The notes under the pieces are model-generated. The model was not told where the DNA came from. It saw nothing but the letters and a program-made list of their open reading frames with translations, and searched no databases. A stretch of DNA of 64,000 nucleotides from Octopus sinensis (taxonomy: Eukaryota), in assembly GCF_006345805.1 (NCBI RefSeq), contig NC_042999.1, positions 62,124,001-62,188,000 on the forward strand, given 5' to 3'. This document shows, one piece after another, positions 10,842 to 24,083 of the stretch. A program made the position numbers and the translations under genes. Position 1 is the stretch's first letter. The number at the start of each line of letters is the position of its first letter.

Positions 10842-11072
10842 GGCGGCGAGCTGGCAGAAGCGTTAGCACGCCGGGCGAAATGCTTAGCAGTATTTCGTCT
10901 GCCGCTACGTTCTGAGTTCAAATTCCGCCGAGGTCGACTTTGCCTTTCATCCTCTCGGGGTCGATAAATAAAGTACCAGTTTCGCACTGGGTCGATGTAA
11001 TCGACTTAATCCGTTTGTCTGTCCTTGTTTGTCCCCTCTATGTTTAGCCCCTTGTGGGTACCAAAAGAAATA
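10842..11072 (+). mobile_element. SINE family B with a Deu/Nin-like central domain
   Basis: Head GGCGGCGAGCTGGCAGAA...GAGTTCAAATTCC; core GCCTTTCATCCTCTCGGGGTCGATAAATAAAGTACC resembles the DeuSINE core; tail CCCCTTGTGGG...AAAGAAATA. Confidence 0.8.
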
Positions 11073-11342
11073 TATATCATGTATGTATGTGAATAGAAGC
11101 AGGCGTGACTGTGTTGTAAGCCGTTCCGGGTTCAGTCCAGCTGCGTGGCACTTTGAGCGGGTGTTTCTACTATAGCCCTGGGTCGACTAAACCCTTGTGA
11201 GTAGATTTGGTTGACGGAATCTGAAAAAGCTCGTCATATATGTGTTTATCAATATTTAGCAGAAGCAACAGAGTGACTCGAGAGGCGAGAGTTTCGTGCA
11301 TTGACACTTGTCAAACTACACACAGACACACACAAACACACA

Positions 11343-11383
<41 letters not shown>

Positions 11384-11777
11384 ACACACACATACATATG
11401 CATGAGTGGCTGTGTGGTAAGTAGCCTACCTACCAACCACATGGTTCTGGGTTCAGCCCCATTGCGTGACGCCTTGGTCTTCTACTAGAGCCTCAGGCCA
11501 ACCAAAGCCTTGTGAGTGAATTTGGTAGACGGAAACTGTGTGTGTATTTGTGTTTGTCCCCCCGATGGTGGCATGTATATACATAATATTATTGTTCTTT
11601 CTTGCGAAATATATAGAATTACTTTAATTCTATATAAAGAAGTGTTCGGGTCGAAACAAGTAAAAGAATAAAAGAAAGAAAAGAAAGAATATATATATAT
11701 ATATATATGTTATTTATACTTTTATATACATATTTATATTTATTGCATATCTTTTACTTATTTATATTTATATATAC

Positions 11778-12697
11778 TAGCAGAGATACCCGGCGTTGCC
11801 CGATTACATTCAATTGGAGAATTAGACTTTTCTGTTATATCTTCTGTGGTGAACTGGATATCTATGTTTCGAATTTCATCAAATTGCAGATGAGGGTTAT
11901 TTCAATCTTTACACACCCTAAAAAATTGTAATCGTGCCACATGTATCCCATAATCCTGATTTTTATGCGCATATTCCAAAATTCCAGTCTTATTTAACTT
12001 GTTAAAAATATTTTGTTCCTGAAAAATGAAGGTCATGGAGCTCTAAATTGTGAGAGTTAAGGCCCCTGTTGGGGGTGGGCATCTTAATGTATAAATGTCT
12101 TCGAATAACCAGTCACTCATCTGGGAAGGCCTTGAAATCAATGTTACCATCTGGGGACTATGTGTGACCGAGTGATAATAAAAAGACTGAAAGGAGGTCT
12201 GCAATCAAATAAATTTTACTCTTCACTTTGCAACTGAATCAGCGGAGGCAAAGATGCCTCTCATTTACTTGACAATTTATGCAGCACATTGCAAAAATCA
12301 CAATGTAAGTGTATGTCAAAGCAAACTGTTACACTGTTGTACCATTGAATTACAAATAATGCTCATCTTTTATGCTCGGGTAACCCTACAGCTTCCAAGA
12401 GCACAACTGTATTCATTTTTGCTTAGATAAAATGACAAAATTGTGGATGTTAAGTCCCCATGGAGGGGTCTTTCTAACTTTGTAAGATGAAATTTTATAG
12501 ATATTACTTCATTTGTGTCTAATGTCTATGGTTAAAATTTCATCAACAGCAAAAATATATGAATTGTCATGGGCGTTATGGCCCTTATGCATAGAATATA
12601 ATTTCCAAATTTCATAAAGATCCATTCAGTACTTTTGACCAAGTTTTGGATCAAAAGAAATTACTAAAATTTGGGATTTAAGGCTCCCATTAGGGTG

Positions 12698-12700
<3 letters not shown>
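11778..12700 (-). mobile_element. Probable Helitron-related element
   Basis: Starts with ACTAGCAGAGATACCCGGCGTTGCCCG, the same 3' terminus as copies A-D. The interior has repeated AATTTCATCAA-type motifs. The 5' boundary is uncertain. Confidence 0.4.
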
Positions 12701-12742
<42 letters not shown>

Positions 12743-13023
12743 TGCACACATACAAAGATAAATTGATAGATACAACTGAGTGAGCAAACAAAAATATGAG
12801 ACACAGCCTAGTGCTTTTTTATGTTGATAAGCCTAGTACTTACTCTATTAGTTTGTTCTTGTGAAACCAGTAAGTTATGTGGATGTAAATAAGTGAACAG
12901 CATTTGTGAAGCAGTGATGAGGGCGAAACACAGAGACAAAGACACACACATACACTTACATATATACATACATATATATACGATTTATTTGTTACAGTTC
13001 CTGTCTACGAAATCCATATATAT

Positions 13024-15712
13024 TGTTGTTGGCATCCTTTTTGTCTCGGGAGACAATGGAGTTGCGCATAAAATAATCTAGTCCGGCTTTTACATTTCAT
13101 GTCCTAATACATCTCTTGCTGTGGCTGTGTAGTCCTATCGGGGACAAACACTCCCTCTGGAAGGTGCCGTAAATGTAGCGAAGACTTTACCTGACTGGTT
13201 GTAATGTCATAGTTTCTTGTTGACGTCTTTTCTTGTCTTTCCATTTCTCTTTTCTCACTATGTCACTCCTTTGTGTTCCCTCTTTTACGGTACGTCGCCA
13301 ATCTCCACAGTTGCCGGCAACTACTTCCCAGTTGGTAATATTGATGTTGCAGGCATTCATGTCCCTTTTGCAAACATCCTTGTATCGTAAGAACAGTCTT
13401 CCCACAGACCTAGTGCCCCTAGCAAGCTCTCCGTTGAGTATGTCCTTGGGGATTCTGCCATCTTCCATACGCCTAACATGTCCAAGCCATCTCATACGTC
13501 TTTGTGTGAAGAGTGCAAACATGCTTGGTATTCCTGCTTGCTTGAGGACATCTTTGTTAGGGACATGATTCTGCTATTTGATGCGATGGATTTTCCGGAG
13601 ACAGCGCAAGTGAAAGATATTTAGGCGACGTATGGCGTCATACAGTAGAGTGCTAAGTACACATGCCTGGTAAATCTTCATTTTTGTGGTCTTGGTCAGC
13701 TTATTGTTGTCCCATGCGCGTTTGGTGAGTTGGGCCATCACAGCAGCTGTCTTGCCAATGCGTATATTGAGCTCAGCATCAAGGGATAGGTTGTAGGTGA
13801 CGGTAGAGCCAAGATAGTTAAACTTCTCCACCTCCTATACTCTGTGGTCTCCAATATGTATGTTTGGGATGTCCGATGTAGCCTGACCCATGATGTTGGT
13901 CTTCTTGAGGCTGATAACTAAGCCAAAGTTGCCAAATGCTTGCTCAAAACAGTTGCTGAGCCTTCGTAGGGCTTCTTCTGTGTGTGATACCAGAGCGGCA
14001 TCATCAGCAAATAGCATCTCCTTGATCAGGACGCTTCTGAGATTTTGGTCTTGGCACGCAGACGCGAGAGATTGAACAGTTTCCCATCACTTCTACTGTG
14101 CAGAAACACTCCATCATCTGATGTCTCAAAGGCATGTGACAGCAGCATCGAGAAGAAGATGCCAAATAATGTAGGAGCAAGGACACAACCTTGCTCTACC
14201 CCATTTTTTATTTGGAAGGCGGCTGATGTTGAACCATTGTGCTGTATGGTGCCTTGCATATTAGCATGGAATGATTTGATGATCCTCAGCAGCTTTGGTG
14301 GACATCCGATTTTTTGGAGCAGGATGAAGAGGCCTTTTCTACTTACCAAGTCAAATCCCTTTGTCAGATCAATGAAGGCCATATATAATGGCATTTTCTG
14401 CTCTCTGGACTTCTGAAGTTGGCGTATGGAGAATATCATGTCAATAGTTGATCTGCTTCTTCTAAAGCCACACCGCGATTCTGGATAAATTCGTGAAGCA
14501 ATTAGTTGCAGCCTAGACAGGATAATGCGAGCAGAGGCCTTTCCAACTGTGCTTAGAAGAGATATTCCACGGTAATTGTTACAATCATCACGGTCACTAT
14601 TATTTTTGTAAAGCGTAATGATGTTAGCATCCCGCATATTCTGAGGGACTGTACCCTCTAACCAGCACTGACACAGAAGCTCATGAATGTGCCGAAGCAG
14701 GATGATGTTTTTGCCGGTTTTGATGATCTCTAAGGGGATGCCGTCTTTTCCCGGAGCCTTGTTACTTACTAGGGAGTCAATAGATTTGGTGAGCTCTGCT
14801 ATAGATGGCAGACTGCCAAGTTCACACATGACTGGCAAGATCTTGACACCCTCGATTGCAGCCTCAGCTACCGTGGTCTCTCGTGAGTAGAGATCCTGGT
14901 AGTACTCCATCCATCTATCCATTTGCTTGCTTTGGTCCCTGATGAGATCTCCAGTAGTTGATTTCAGAGGGGCTGAGGTGTTTGCGGATGGACCGAGGGC
15001 CTTCTTCAAACCGGCATACATACCACGGGTGTCGCCACTGTCAGCAGCTGACTGGATACTCTGACAGATTTCCTTTCAATACCCATTTGCACAGCGTCTG
15101 GCAGTCAATTGGGTTTTATTTCTTGCCTTTCTGAGTTCTTCGAGCGACTTTGTAGAAGAATCACTCTTGTATTGCATCAGAGCTGTACGCTTTGCTTCGA
15201 TAACTGGTTCCAGCTCCGAGAGCCCAGCACTGAACAAAATCTGGGTTTTACCTTTCTCTCATTCCGAAAGTATCTATTGATGTGGTATACAAAGCGTCCC
15301 TGATATAATTCCACCTACTTTCAGCAGAGGAGGTTGGGCAGCTACTGAGGGCAACCTTGATAAAAACAGCAAAACATTGTCGCAGTGTAGGGTCCGAGGT
15401 TCTGGCAGTGTTAATGCGTGGTTGGCTCATTTTCTTGGAGTGATGGACTTTTTAGGCAGAATCCTCACCCTTCTTATTAGTGAATGATCTGTGTCACAAT
15501 CTGCGCTACGGGTCTGTTGAATAGAATTCAGAAAGGATCTTCGTGTAATGATGAGATCCAACTGATGCCAGTGGTGAGATCTTGGATGTCTCCAAGATGC
15601 CTTGTGGGATGTCTTGTTGGGAAAGAATGTGTTGGTGATGCACAGGTTATGGTATGTGCAAAATTCAAGTAGTCTCTGGCCATTGTCATTCATGTTGCCA
15701 ATACTAAAACCA
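13024..15712 (-). mobile_element. 5'-truncated, frameshifted RTE (BovB-like) LINE ORF2
   Basis: APE endonuclease (NDNGQRLLEFC, SADCDTDH), RT (KAPGKDGIP, NYRGISLLS, FIDLTKGFD, GVEQGCVLAPTLF, LFADDAAL, FNYLGS), C-terminal RWLGHVRRMEDGRIPK, and a (CAA)n tail. Confidence 0.95.
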
Positions 15713-15859
15713 TACACACTTACATATATACATACATATATTACGATTGATTTGTTTCAGTTCCTGTCCACGAAATCCATATATATATTTATATATTTAT
15801 ATATATATAATATATGTATGCATGTATGTATGTATGTATGTATGTACACACTCACACAC

Positions 15860-16140
15860 ACACACACAAAGATAAATTGATAGATACAACTGAGTGGGCA
15901 AACAAAAATGTGAGACACTGCGTAGAGCTTTTTTAAATTTTGATAAGCCTGGTACTTATTCTATCAGTTTCTTCTTGTGAAACCAGTATGTTATGGGGAT
16001 GTAAATAAACGAACACCAGTTGTGAAGCAGTGATGAGGGAGAAACACAAAGACACACACACAGACTTACATACATACATAGATATATATACGATTGATTT
16101 CTTTCAGTTTCTATCTACAAAATCTACTGACAAGGCTTTG
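15860..16140 (+). repeat. Older direct duplicate of about 12745-13020 (SINE-containing segment)
   Basis: AAAGATAAATTGATAGATACAACTGAGTG... is shared by both segments, with scattered differences. Confidence 0.85.
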
Positions 16141-16462
16141 GTTGGTCTCAGGCTACAGTAGAAGACACATGCCAAGTTACCACACAGTGGGACTGAACTG
16201 AGAACCATGTGTTTTGGAACCATAGTATATATTAATAAAAAGTGGAATATTCCCAAAATTGCATGATTAACTAAATGATTTTTATTTCTTATTTAAACGT
16301 GAAAATCTTGAAAAAAAATCTGATACAAGGATGTGATATAATGACACCAGTCCTCATTGAGTGAGTAATTGTTAATTCTTGTATATAGAAATTTGAATCG
16401 CGCGAGGCATTTGCCGCAGCGCGTTAGAAACTTTTTGTAGAAAGTGCGCCGACCCTCAAGTC

Positions 16463-17330
16463 ATGGAGACTTACGCGGGGGTTGCCGCAATGAAAAGCGA
16501 TACGCCGCTGACAGTAAGAGAGGTGTTCTTTAAAAAAGAACAGCTAGAGGAATTTGAGAAATTCATTGAAAGGGAGGGTGACAGAGTGAAGCTGGTCCCC
16601 CCTGTTGAAGCAAAGGAGGAAAAAAAGGACAAAACTATAATCTATAGGACACAGGACACGACCACAAGAAAGCTATCGAGAATAACGATAGAAGACATAG
16701 AAAAATGTCTGGACGACGTTATGAAAAAGGCTACCTTTGTATGCAGAGGCAGGAAATATGGTACGGTGGAGGTGAGGTACGCAACAAAAGAAGTTGCGGC
16801 CTCACTAGCTACCACCGTACTCAGAGGCGAAAACTTCGTCGTGGCCTACCTACAAGGGGAAAAGAGGGGTGGGGTTAAAATCCAAACATACCCCCAGATT
16901 TAAAAACAGAATGGCTGGTAACACCATCCTAGAATCAGCAGAAGAAGGTATAGAAATTGGATCGATAAAAGAGACCAGCATAGTGAAATGGAAGGGATTC
17001 GAGTAGAGATATGGCTGACAGCCACAAACAGAGATATAGACCGAATTCCCTTCCAAATAGAAGTAGAAGATGGTAGGCCCCTCTGCGTAATAGTTGAGGG
17101 GAGGAAGCCCAATTGTTACCTATGTGGGACAAGAGGTCATATTAAAAAGAATGTCCGCTTTACGAATTTGTGGCGGAGAGTGAAAAAGCAGAAAAGAGAA
17201 GAACCCGAAGAAGGGAACAATACTCTAAAGGAGAGAAAGAAAGCAGGAAAAGGAAACAGCGGTAAAAGGAAATAACAATACACAGAAGGAAAATGAAGGC
17301 AAAGAGAAGGAATTAATAGAAAAAGAACAA
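16463..17330 (+). mobile_element. Gag-like ORF1 remnant of a non-LTR retrotransposon (probably L1/Tx1-like), frameshifted, no ORF2
   Basis: The ORF pieces end in the zinc knuckle CYLCGTRGHIKK(E)CP (CX2CX4HX4C, restored by a frameshift), followed by a Lys/Glu-rich tail. Confidence 0.65.
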
Positions 17331-17334
17331 AAGT

Positions 17335-17638
17335 TCACCAGACCTTTCTCCCCTTGATTTCTTTTTCTGGGGTATGTTGAAAGAGAAGTTTACTCAATAA
17401 AGATTACAGATTTAAAACACATGAGAGAACGACGCATACCAGTCAGTGTGCTGAAATTGATGGCAATGTAGACTTATTTAATCAAGTTCACCTGAATTTT
17501 GCAAGGCGCATCAGTTATGCATTGAAAATGATGGAAATCACTTTGAAAATATTATTATTAACATTATAATTAAATAAAATGTTTTGTTTAAAAGTATGTG
17601 TTAATTCCCATGTACGCAGACTTTGTGGACACCATCTA
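17335..17638 (+). mobile_element. 3' fragment of a Tc1/mariner transposase with right TIR
   Basis: SPDLSP(L)DFFFWGMLKE.VY motif, LCIENDGNHFE-like end, and the TIR-like GACTTTGTGGACACC. Confidence 0.75.
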
Positions 17639-18666
17639 TTATTTTGTAAAACAATATTGAATTAGTTTAAACGTACACAAATGCATAAAAATAATTTTAA
17701 TTGAATTAGACATTTGCAAATACTATTTAATTTCATTCAAATCTAAAAAACAGGTAAATTGGACAGAACTGACTGGATGACTTAATATATATAATCTATG
17801 ATATTCTAGTAAGTTTCAAGTTATAACACCTTGATATCTCATTTTATATGCCTAAGACGTTTATTTTCTATTCTGGTTTTTATATATTTCTATACATTAT
17901 ATTTGTATCTATAATTTATTTTAAGCCGAAACATAATACGATCCTTGTACGAACGAAAGAACAAGAATGTCCTCTGGAACGTTTATCTTCCACCGGCGTT
18001 TGTAATCGATGGTGACATGTGCGATGATTTTGCGACTATCTTTTATTTTACAGAGAAATTGGAAGCCCCGAATGTAAGTCAGCGCTTTATGCATAATTCA
18101 ATATTCATAGTTCTCTATTTCTACCAGAAATTCTGTCCTCAATAACTATAGAACTATTTCTAAATGAATTTCTTTTTCTTTTCGTTCATGCATTCCCGTC
18201 TGTCTCTTGACAAAGCTTTCTTTCTCCAGCGGTCCACAGCTACGAGACCCCGGTCCGTACCAGTTCCGAGTCGACCGTTCGCCGCCGGCCGAACGCCTGC
18301 CGCGCGTCGCGGTGCGCGACGACGACCGCGACCCCTTGCGGAGCCGAGCCGAGCCGCGCGCGCACCGACGCGACGGCGAGCCCGAAGCCGTGTGACAAAG
18401 CTTTCTTTCTCCAGCGTTCACCACGTCACCTCGTTAGGGTTAAACAGCCCTTACCGAAAATTTTTACTGTCCTGATTTTATTAGCAGCTTTGACGTTCCA
18501 CGTATGTCAAATTTTATCTAATTTGCTTTGGGGGAGCAATTGCTTTGACGAAGACACATCTTGTTGCAATGCGGAGCAAGTAAAATTGCCAACAACTGAG
18601 GAAGAGTTGTTTTTTTATATTCTGCCTTCAGGCTATAGTTCTCTATTTAATTAAAATTCTTCTTCT

Positions 18667-18740
18667 ACCAAGCCAAGCCAAGCCAAGCCAAGCCAAGCCA
18701 AGCCGCCAAGCCAAGCCAAGCCAAGCCAAGCCAAGCCAAG
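18667..18740. repeat. (CCAAG)n pentanucleotide repeat
   Basis: Directly visible. Confidence 0.95.
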
Positions 18741-18957
18741 CGCTCACTGTGGTCTCGTAGCTGTGGACCACAGTGAGCTCTGGCCGCCATAGCGCTCACT
18801 GTGGTCTCGTAGCCGTGGACCACAGTGAGCCCAATGGCGCCCAGAGCGAGCTCAACACACTCCTTATATCCTAAGTAAGGCATGTGTAAAATTTGAATGA
18901 AATCGGTTGTGTAGTTCTCAAGTTTTAGGGAAACACACATTCTCACGGCACGAAAAA

Positions 18958-19132
18958 AGCACCCACTACACTCACAGAGTGGTTGGCGTTAGGAAGGTCA
19001 TCCACCTGTAGAAACACTGCCAGATCAGACTGGAGCTTGGTGCAGCCTCCTGGCTTCCCAGACCCCGGTCACACTGTCGAACCCGTGCTAGCACGGAAAA
19101 CCGACGTTAAACGATGATGCTGATGATGATTC
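18958..19132 (+). mobile_element. 3' part of an RTE-tailed SINE/LINE
   Basis: GAGTGGTTGGCGTTAGGAAGG...GCACGGAAAACCGACGTTAAACGATGATG tail. Confidence 0.6.
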
Positions 19133-19785
19133 TCCGTATTTGTTTCTCTCTCCTTTCTCTCTCACTTTCCCACTCTCTTTCTTTTCTTTTCTCTCGGACT
19201 CTCCCTCGCTTTCTCTTACTCTCTATCTTTATCTATCTCTCTCCCATTTATAAACAACAGAAGATCTTGAGTAAGTTGAGAAATAAAATATTTAGAAAGA
19301 TCAATCATAAATATCAGGCAGTGGCAATGGAAAGGTCTGGCGTAAAATTTTCAACTTGATGTAAAAGAAAATTCGTAAACACCAAGTTTTGAAGTGATTC
19401 TTTCTCACGACAGTAGACTCACCATGGCAAGCATTCAAAAGTTATTTATCATGGACGGCAACACATTGACGATTAAAAGGCTGGCGCAATTTTTTTAGCT
19501 TGATGTAACAGAGAATTCCTAAACACCCGCTCCTTGAAATTTTAATCCCCTTCAAGCCCCATTTAGACCCCTTTTCACATTTTGGTTAATATAACCCGAT
19601 TTCATTCGGGTCTTCTGGGGCTACATTTTATAAGATGAGGAATTTTGTCCTAGAGGTGACGCCTTTCATTTGAGGAAAAAAATAGTTGTCATGCAAACTT
19701 GCCAGCACTTTTAACATAGGTGTGCATATTTTCAGCTGAATCGACCGACTACGTAATGCACACATTATATATATATATATATATA

Positions 19786-19839
<54 letters not shown>

Positions 19840-20576
19840 CTGTATGTGTGTGTGTGTGCACGCATTATATATACAAATGAGATAATATCTGTATAAATTA
19901 AATTAGAGATAAAACCACTAATAGGCAAATCAAACAGTGAAAAAACAAAAACATTAAAAAAAATATAATATAGAAAATATATAAAATATAAATTGAAAAA
20001 TTTAAATTATTTAAATTGAAAATAAAAATTATTAAATTATATTTATAATTTGTTTAAAACATATAATAACTATGAAAAAGTATGAAAAGTTTAATATACA
20101 TAAATACAGATATATACACTTTGTGTATATACATTATATATACATATTATATATAGAACACACACATACATTATATATACATATTATATATAGAACACAC
20201 ACACACACATACTTATATATACATATTTATATAGAGACACAACACACACACACACCACACACACACATATAAATGAACGCAAGAATTCTGATTCATAATA
20301 TTTGTTCTCATGCTCGTGTGTTGTTTGTTGGTGACAGACAGATACTTAAAAGAACGCCGCCGAAGTGATGGGAAGCTAGGAAACAGAGTCAGTGAAAAAG
20401 AGTGAATAGCGAGAGAGACAGATACTTTAAATAACGGTAGTGGAACTCTCAAAGTTATAGATGAAGGGGAGTAAGAGAGGGAAAGGAGGAAATAGCGTGA
20501 GTGAGGAAGATGGCCCCCTAGCAACCACACCTTTTAAGACAGGGATTTCTAAGGTAACCCACGAGTATCGTCACCT

Positions 20577-20612
<36 letters not shown>

Positions 20613-20971
20613 CTGAAGTTGTCTGGATATATGTATGTGTGTGTGTGTATACGTATGTATGTGTAGAGACCTCTTTTGGCCCCACCTGAGTTTTGAAACT
20701 GAATGGGTAAATTTCCCCCTAACTATAGAGCCTTATTGTTCTGTTGAAGAACAATGTTGTTTTATTCAACCGATGGCCTTGCCAACATTTGATTGATGTA
20801 TTTTCCTCTTGACCCATAACCCTTCTAGGTTGTAAAGGGTTTAAATAGATAATATAAGGGATCTTTACCCTTTGAACAGCAGATCGAGAAATAAATTTTT
20901 TGTAACTAAACACTTTCAACCTTCGGACACTAACCCTAACCCTAACCCTAATGTGTCATATAAAACATATT

Positions 20972-21315
20972 TTACTTTTAATGTTACTCTTGACCGCGGC
21001 CATGCTGGAGCATCGCCTTTAATCGAGCAACTAGAACCCGGGACTTATTCTTTTTGTAAGCCCAGTACTTATTCTATCGGTCCTTTTGCCGAACCGCTAA
21101 GTAACGGGGACATAAATACACCAGTATCGGTTGTCAAGCAATGTTAGGGGGACAAACACAGACGCACAAACACACACACATACATATATATATATATATG
21201 ACGGGCTTCTTTCAGTTTCCGTCTACCAAATCCACTCACAAGGCTTTGGTTGGCCCGAGGTTATAGTAGAAGACACTTGCCCAAGGTGCCAGACAGTGGG
21301 ACTGAACCCGGAATC
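20972..21315 (-). mobile_element. SINE family A copy
   Basis: Aligns by eye to 1-403. Confidence 0.85.
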
Positions 21316-21794
21316 AGCCACTCCAATATTTTTTTAACATCTGGCCTGTAAAACCTAATAATCCTCTAAATATTTTATAAGTCATCATACTATTTTTATC
21401 TTTAAAAAAACAATGACCGAAGGAGTGAGAAGATTAGATTATTCATGAAGCGTCTTCATAAAAACGAAAACACAGAACTCCTTTGGCATCTTAAATATAT
21501 ACGATATTAATTCCAATAAAAGTAAAAAGACCCGTTTTCCTTGACCAACTTTACTGACGTCAGCATTTGAATGGATAGGGTAGGGGGTGTTTACAACTCT
21601 GTTTCATTACGATTAACTCATTCTATTGGGCCCTGAAAGATAAGACAAAAACCAGCCGAGCAGGATTTGAAATGATTATTGTAAAATAATGCAAATGTCG
21701 GCTTACCTATACATGTGTGCCCCTACCCGACCGACTTTGTTGCCTCACAACTTCCAGAAAAATGTAAATTTTTTAATGAAATTTTCAAAAAATA

Positions 21795-22303
21795 CCGTTA
21801 ATCCTCGAGTATAGTCTGCCCTTGAGTATAATACGCAGGGGATTTTTAGGGGGCTGTACCTCTGGAAAACCTAAACCATGTGTATAATACGCACCCCTTC
21901 TCTAACTTCAGTCAAGAAGGTCTACATAATTTTTGGTTTCTAAAAATGTATACAGTAACGTCCTTTATTATTATTGTATATATAACATAATGCCAACGTG
22001 TAGCTTTTTTGTGCATTTTGTTTGCAGAAAATAAAGAAATAACAGTAATAACGTTTAATAAATGTTGCTTATTGCAAGTTATGGATGATTCTTTTATGAC
22101 TTCATTGCTTTCAGGCTTAGCTTAAGGTATTTTCGAGCCGACATCACAAAATACCTCTGAATAAACATTGCCTGACAGCAAATAGAGACTTGGACATTGC
22201 TTAGAAAATAATTTCCATTTTTAACCGCATATATAGTACGCACTAGGGATTTTGACTTTTAAATTTTGGGAAAATAATGCGGATTATACTTGAGGATTTA
22301 CGG
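21795..22303. mobile_element. Non-autonomous pogo/Tc2-like MITE
   Basis: TIRs CCGTTAATCCTCGAGTATAGTC / GATTATACTTGAGGATTTACGG, flanked by TA on both sides. Confidence 0.8.
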
Positions 22304-22774
22304 TATGTTTTAGATGGTGTATATTCCGCTTATGTAGGAATTTAATATTTTAAAAAATTCTGTGGTTAGGAAGAGAGGTTTCGGGAAATTCACATGAGTT
22401 GACTTTGTTTCCTCATAACTTGGGTATTTTTTAATGAAATTTGCTACAAATACTTTTCAGAATGTATACATTCAGATTATATTGGAATTTGATGTGAAAA
22501 GGAAAATAGTGGCACACATCACAATTTCTTTCGAAATCTCAAGTTTCATTTTGTACATATATATGATATCCATTAGTACATATGTGCATAAAAGCCCACC
22601 ATTTTTGTATTTTCTTTTGTCATATTAAAACCCCAGCGTTTTCGATAGCCGCTCATGAAAAAGTGAAAGTCTTTCTTCGGCAATTTCTTGATTTCAGCAA
22701 CTATTTTCGGAAAAAAAATTTGCCCCCTACCCCTCCACCTCCAGTTTCTTCATTTCTCGCTTGTTTCCGTAACT

Positions 22775-22894
22775 CTAATCCTAAATCCCAACCCTAACCC
22801 TAAAACCCAAAACCAAACCCTAACTCTAAAACCCTAACCATAAAACCTAGCTCTAAAACCCTAACCCTAAGACCCTAACCTTAAAACCCAAACC
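22775..22894. repeat. Degenerate (CCCTAA)n telomere-like repeat
   Basis: CCCTAACCCTAA/AAACCCTAA variants. A shorter tract lies at about 20931-20950. Confidence 0.7.
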
Positions 22895-23614
22895 CGGATC
22901 TTTTCTTTTGGAAAGCCAGATTTTTCAGATTTTTCTAGTTAACTAAATAATTTGAAACTTCGTATACTGGTAGAATGTGTGAAAAGAAAACAATAATTTC
23001 AACTAGATTTTTTGACAAAAATATATTTTATAAGTTTAAACGTAGTTTAAATCTGCGAATTTTAACCAATCATATTGTCTGTTTTCATTTGAAATTATTA
23101 GATGCATAGTGTTAATGTGATGTAGATAGCTATTTTGTGAGTGGGTAAGCAGTAAGCAAACAGCTGTGGTAGATGTGGTTATCATGGCAGTGGTGGTAGT
23201 GTGACAGTGGATGTGTATGATGGCAGCAATTATAGTGTTGGTGTTTTTGTAGAGGTGGTGGTGTGGTGGTGTGCGGCAGTGGATGATGATGATAATGATG
23301 ATGATAGTAGTAGTAGCATTGATAATGTTAGGATGTCTCATGGATGGTAGTGTTGGTGTGTGTGTGTGTGTGTGTGTGTATGTATGGATCAAAACAGTTT
23401 GATTCAAATTCTGTGGTACTTAATATTTCATACATACATATACATGTAGATGTATATAACATATATATATTGTATGTAAACATCTTATATATATATAATG
23501 TATGCATCTATAATACACACACATTATAAATATATACACATATATGCATATGCATTAGAATATGTGTGTATAGGTGTATATATATATATATATATTATAT
23601 ATATATATATATAT

Positions 23615-23656
<42 letters not shown>

Positions 23657-24032
23657 TATTATAATATATATTATATTTGGTTTTCACCGTTAATGCTTCT
23701 GTATTCAGGTTTCTGTATTCCTTATTGTTTTTTTGCTTTTTTTTTATATTCGTCCCTTTTGCTTGTCCGTGTTCGTTGCAGTCGATCCTTTTCAGGAAAT
23801 CTACGCTCCCAGCTTAGTTTTTTTTTTTCTAATGCTCGTTGCTTAGATTTTCTTGGAGGGCTGGCCGTGATCTAGTAATCTCAAGATTAATCAGTCCGAA
23901 TTACTACGATGATCCGGTTCTTGACTGAAGACTGAGGGTTTCGAATGTCTGTCCGTGTTTATTGTATCGTCTTCTAAGAGTTATACGTTCTTGTCCATTG
24001 TATTTATTTCTACATACCTTATATATATATAT

Positions 24033-24083
<51 letters not shown>

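Noticed and set aside
14026-15021. 331-aa RT ORF as a domesticated gene
   Set aside because: The surrounding ORF2 is frameshifted in several places and has typical LINE insertion hallmarks.
20931-20950. (CCCTAA)3 as a telomere or fusion site
   Set aside because: It is too short, and such tracts are common inside invertebrate repeats.
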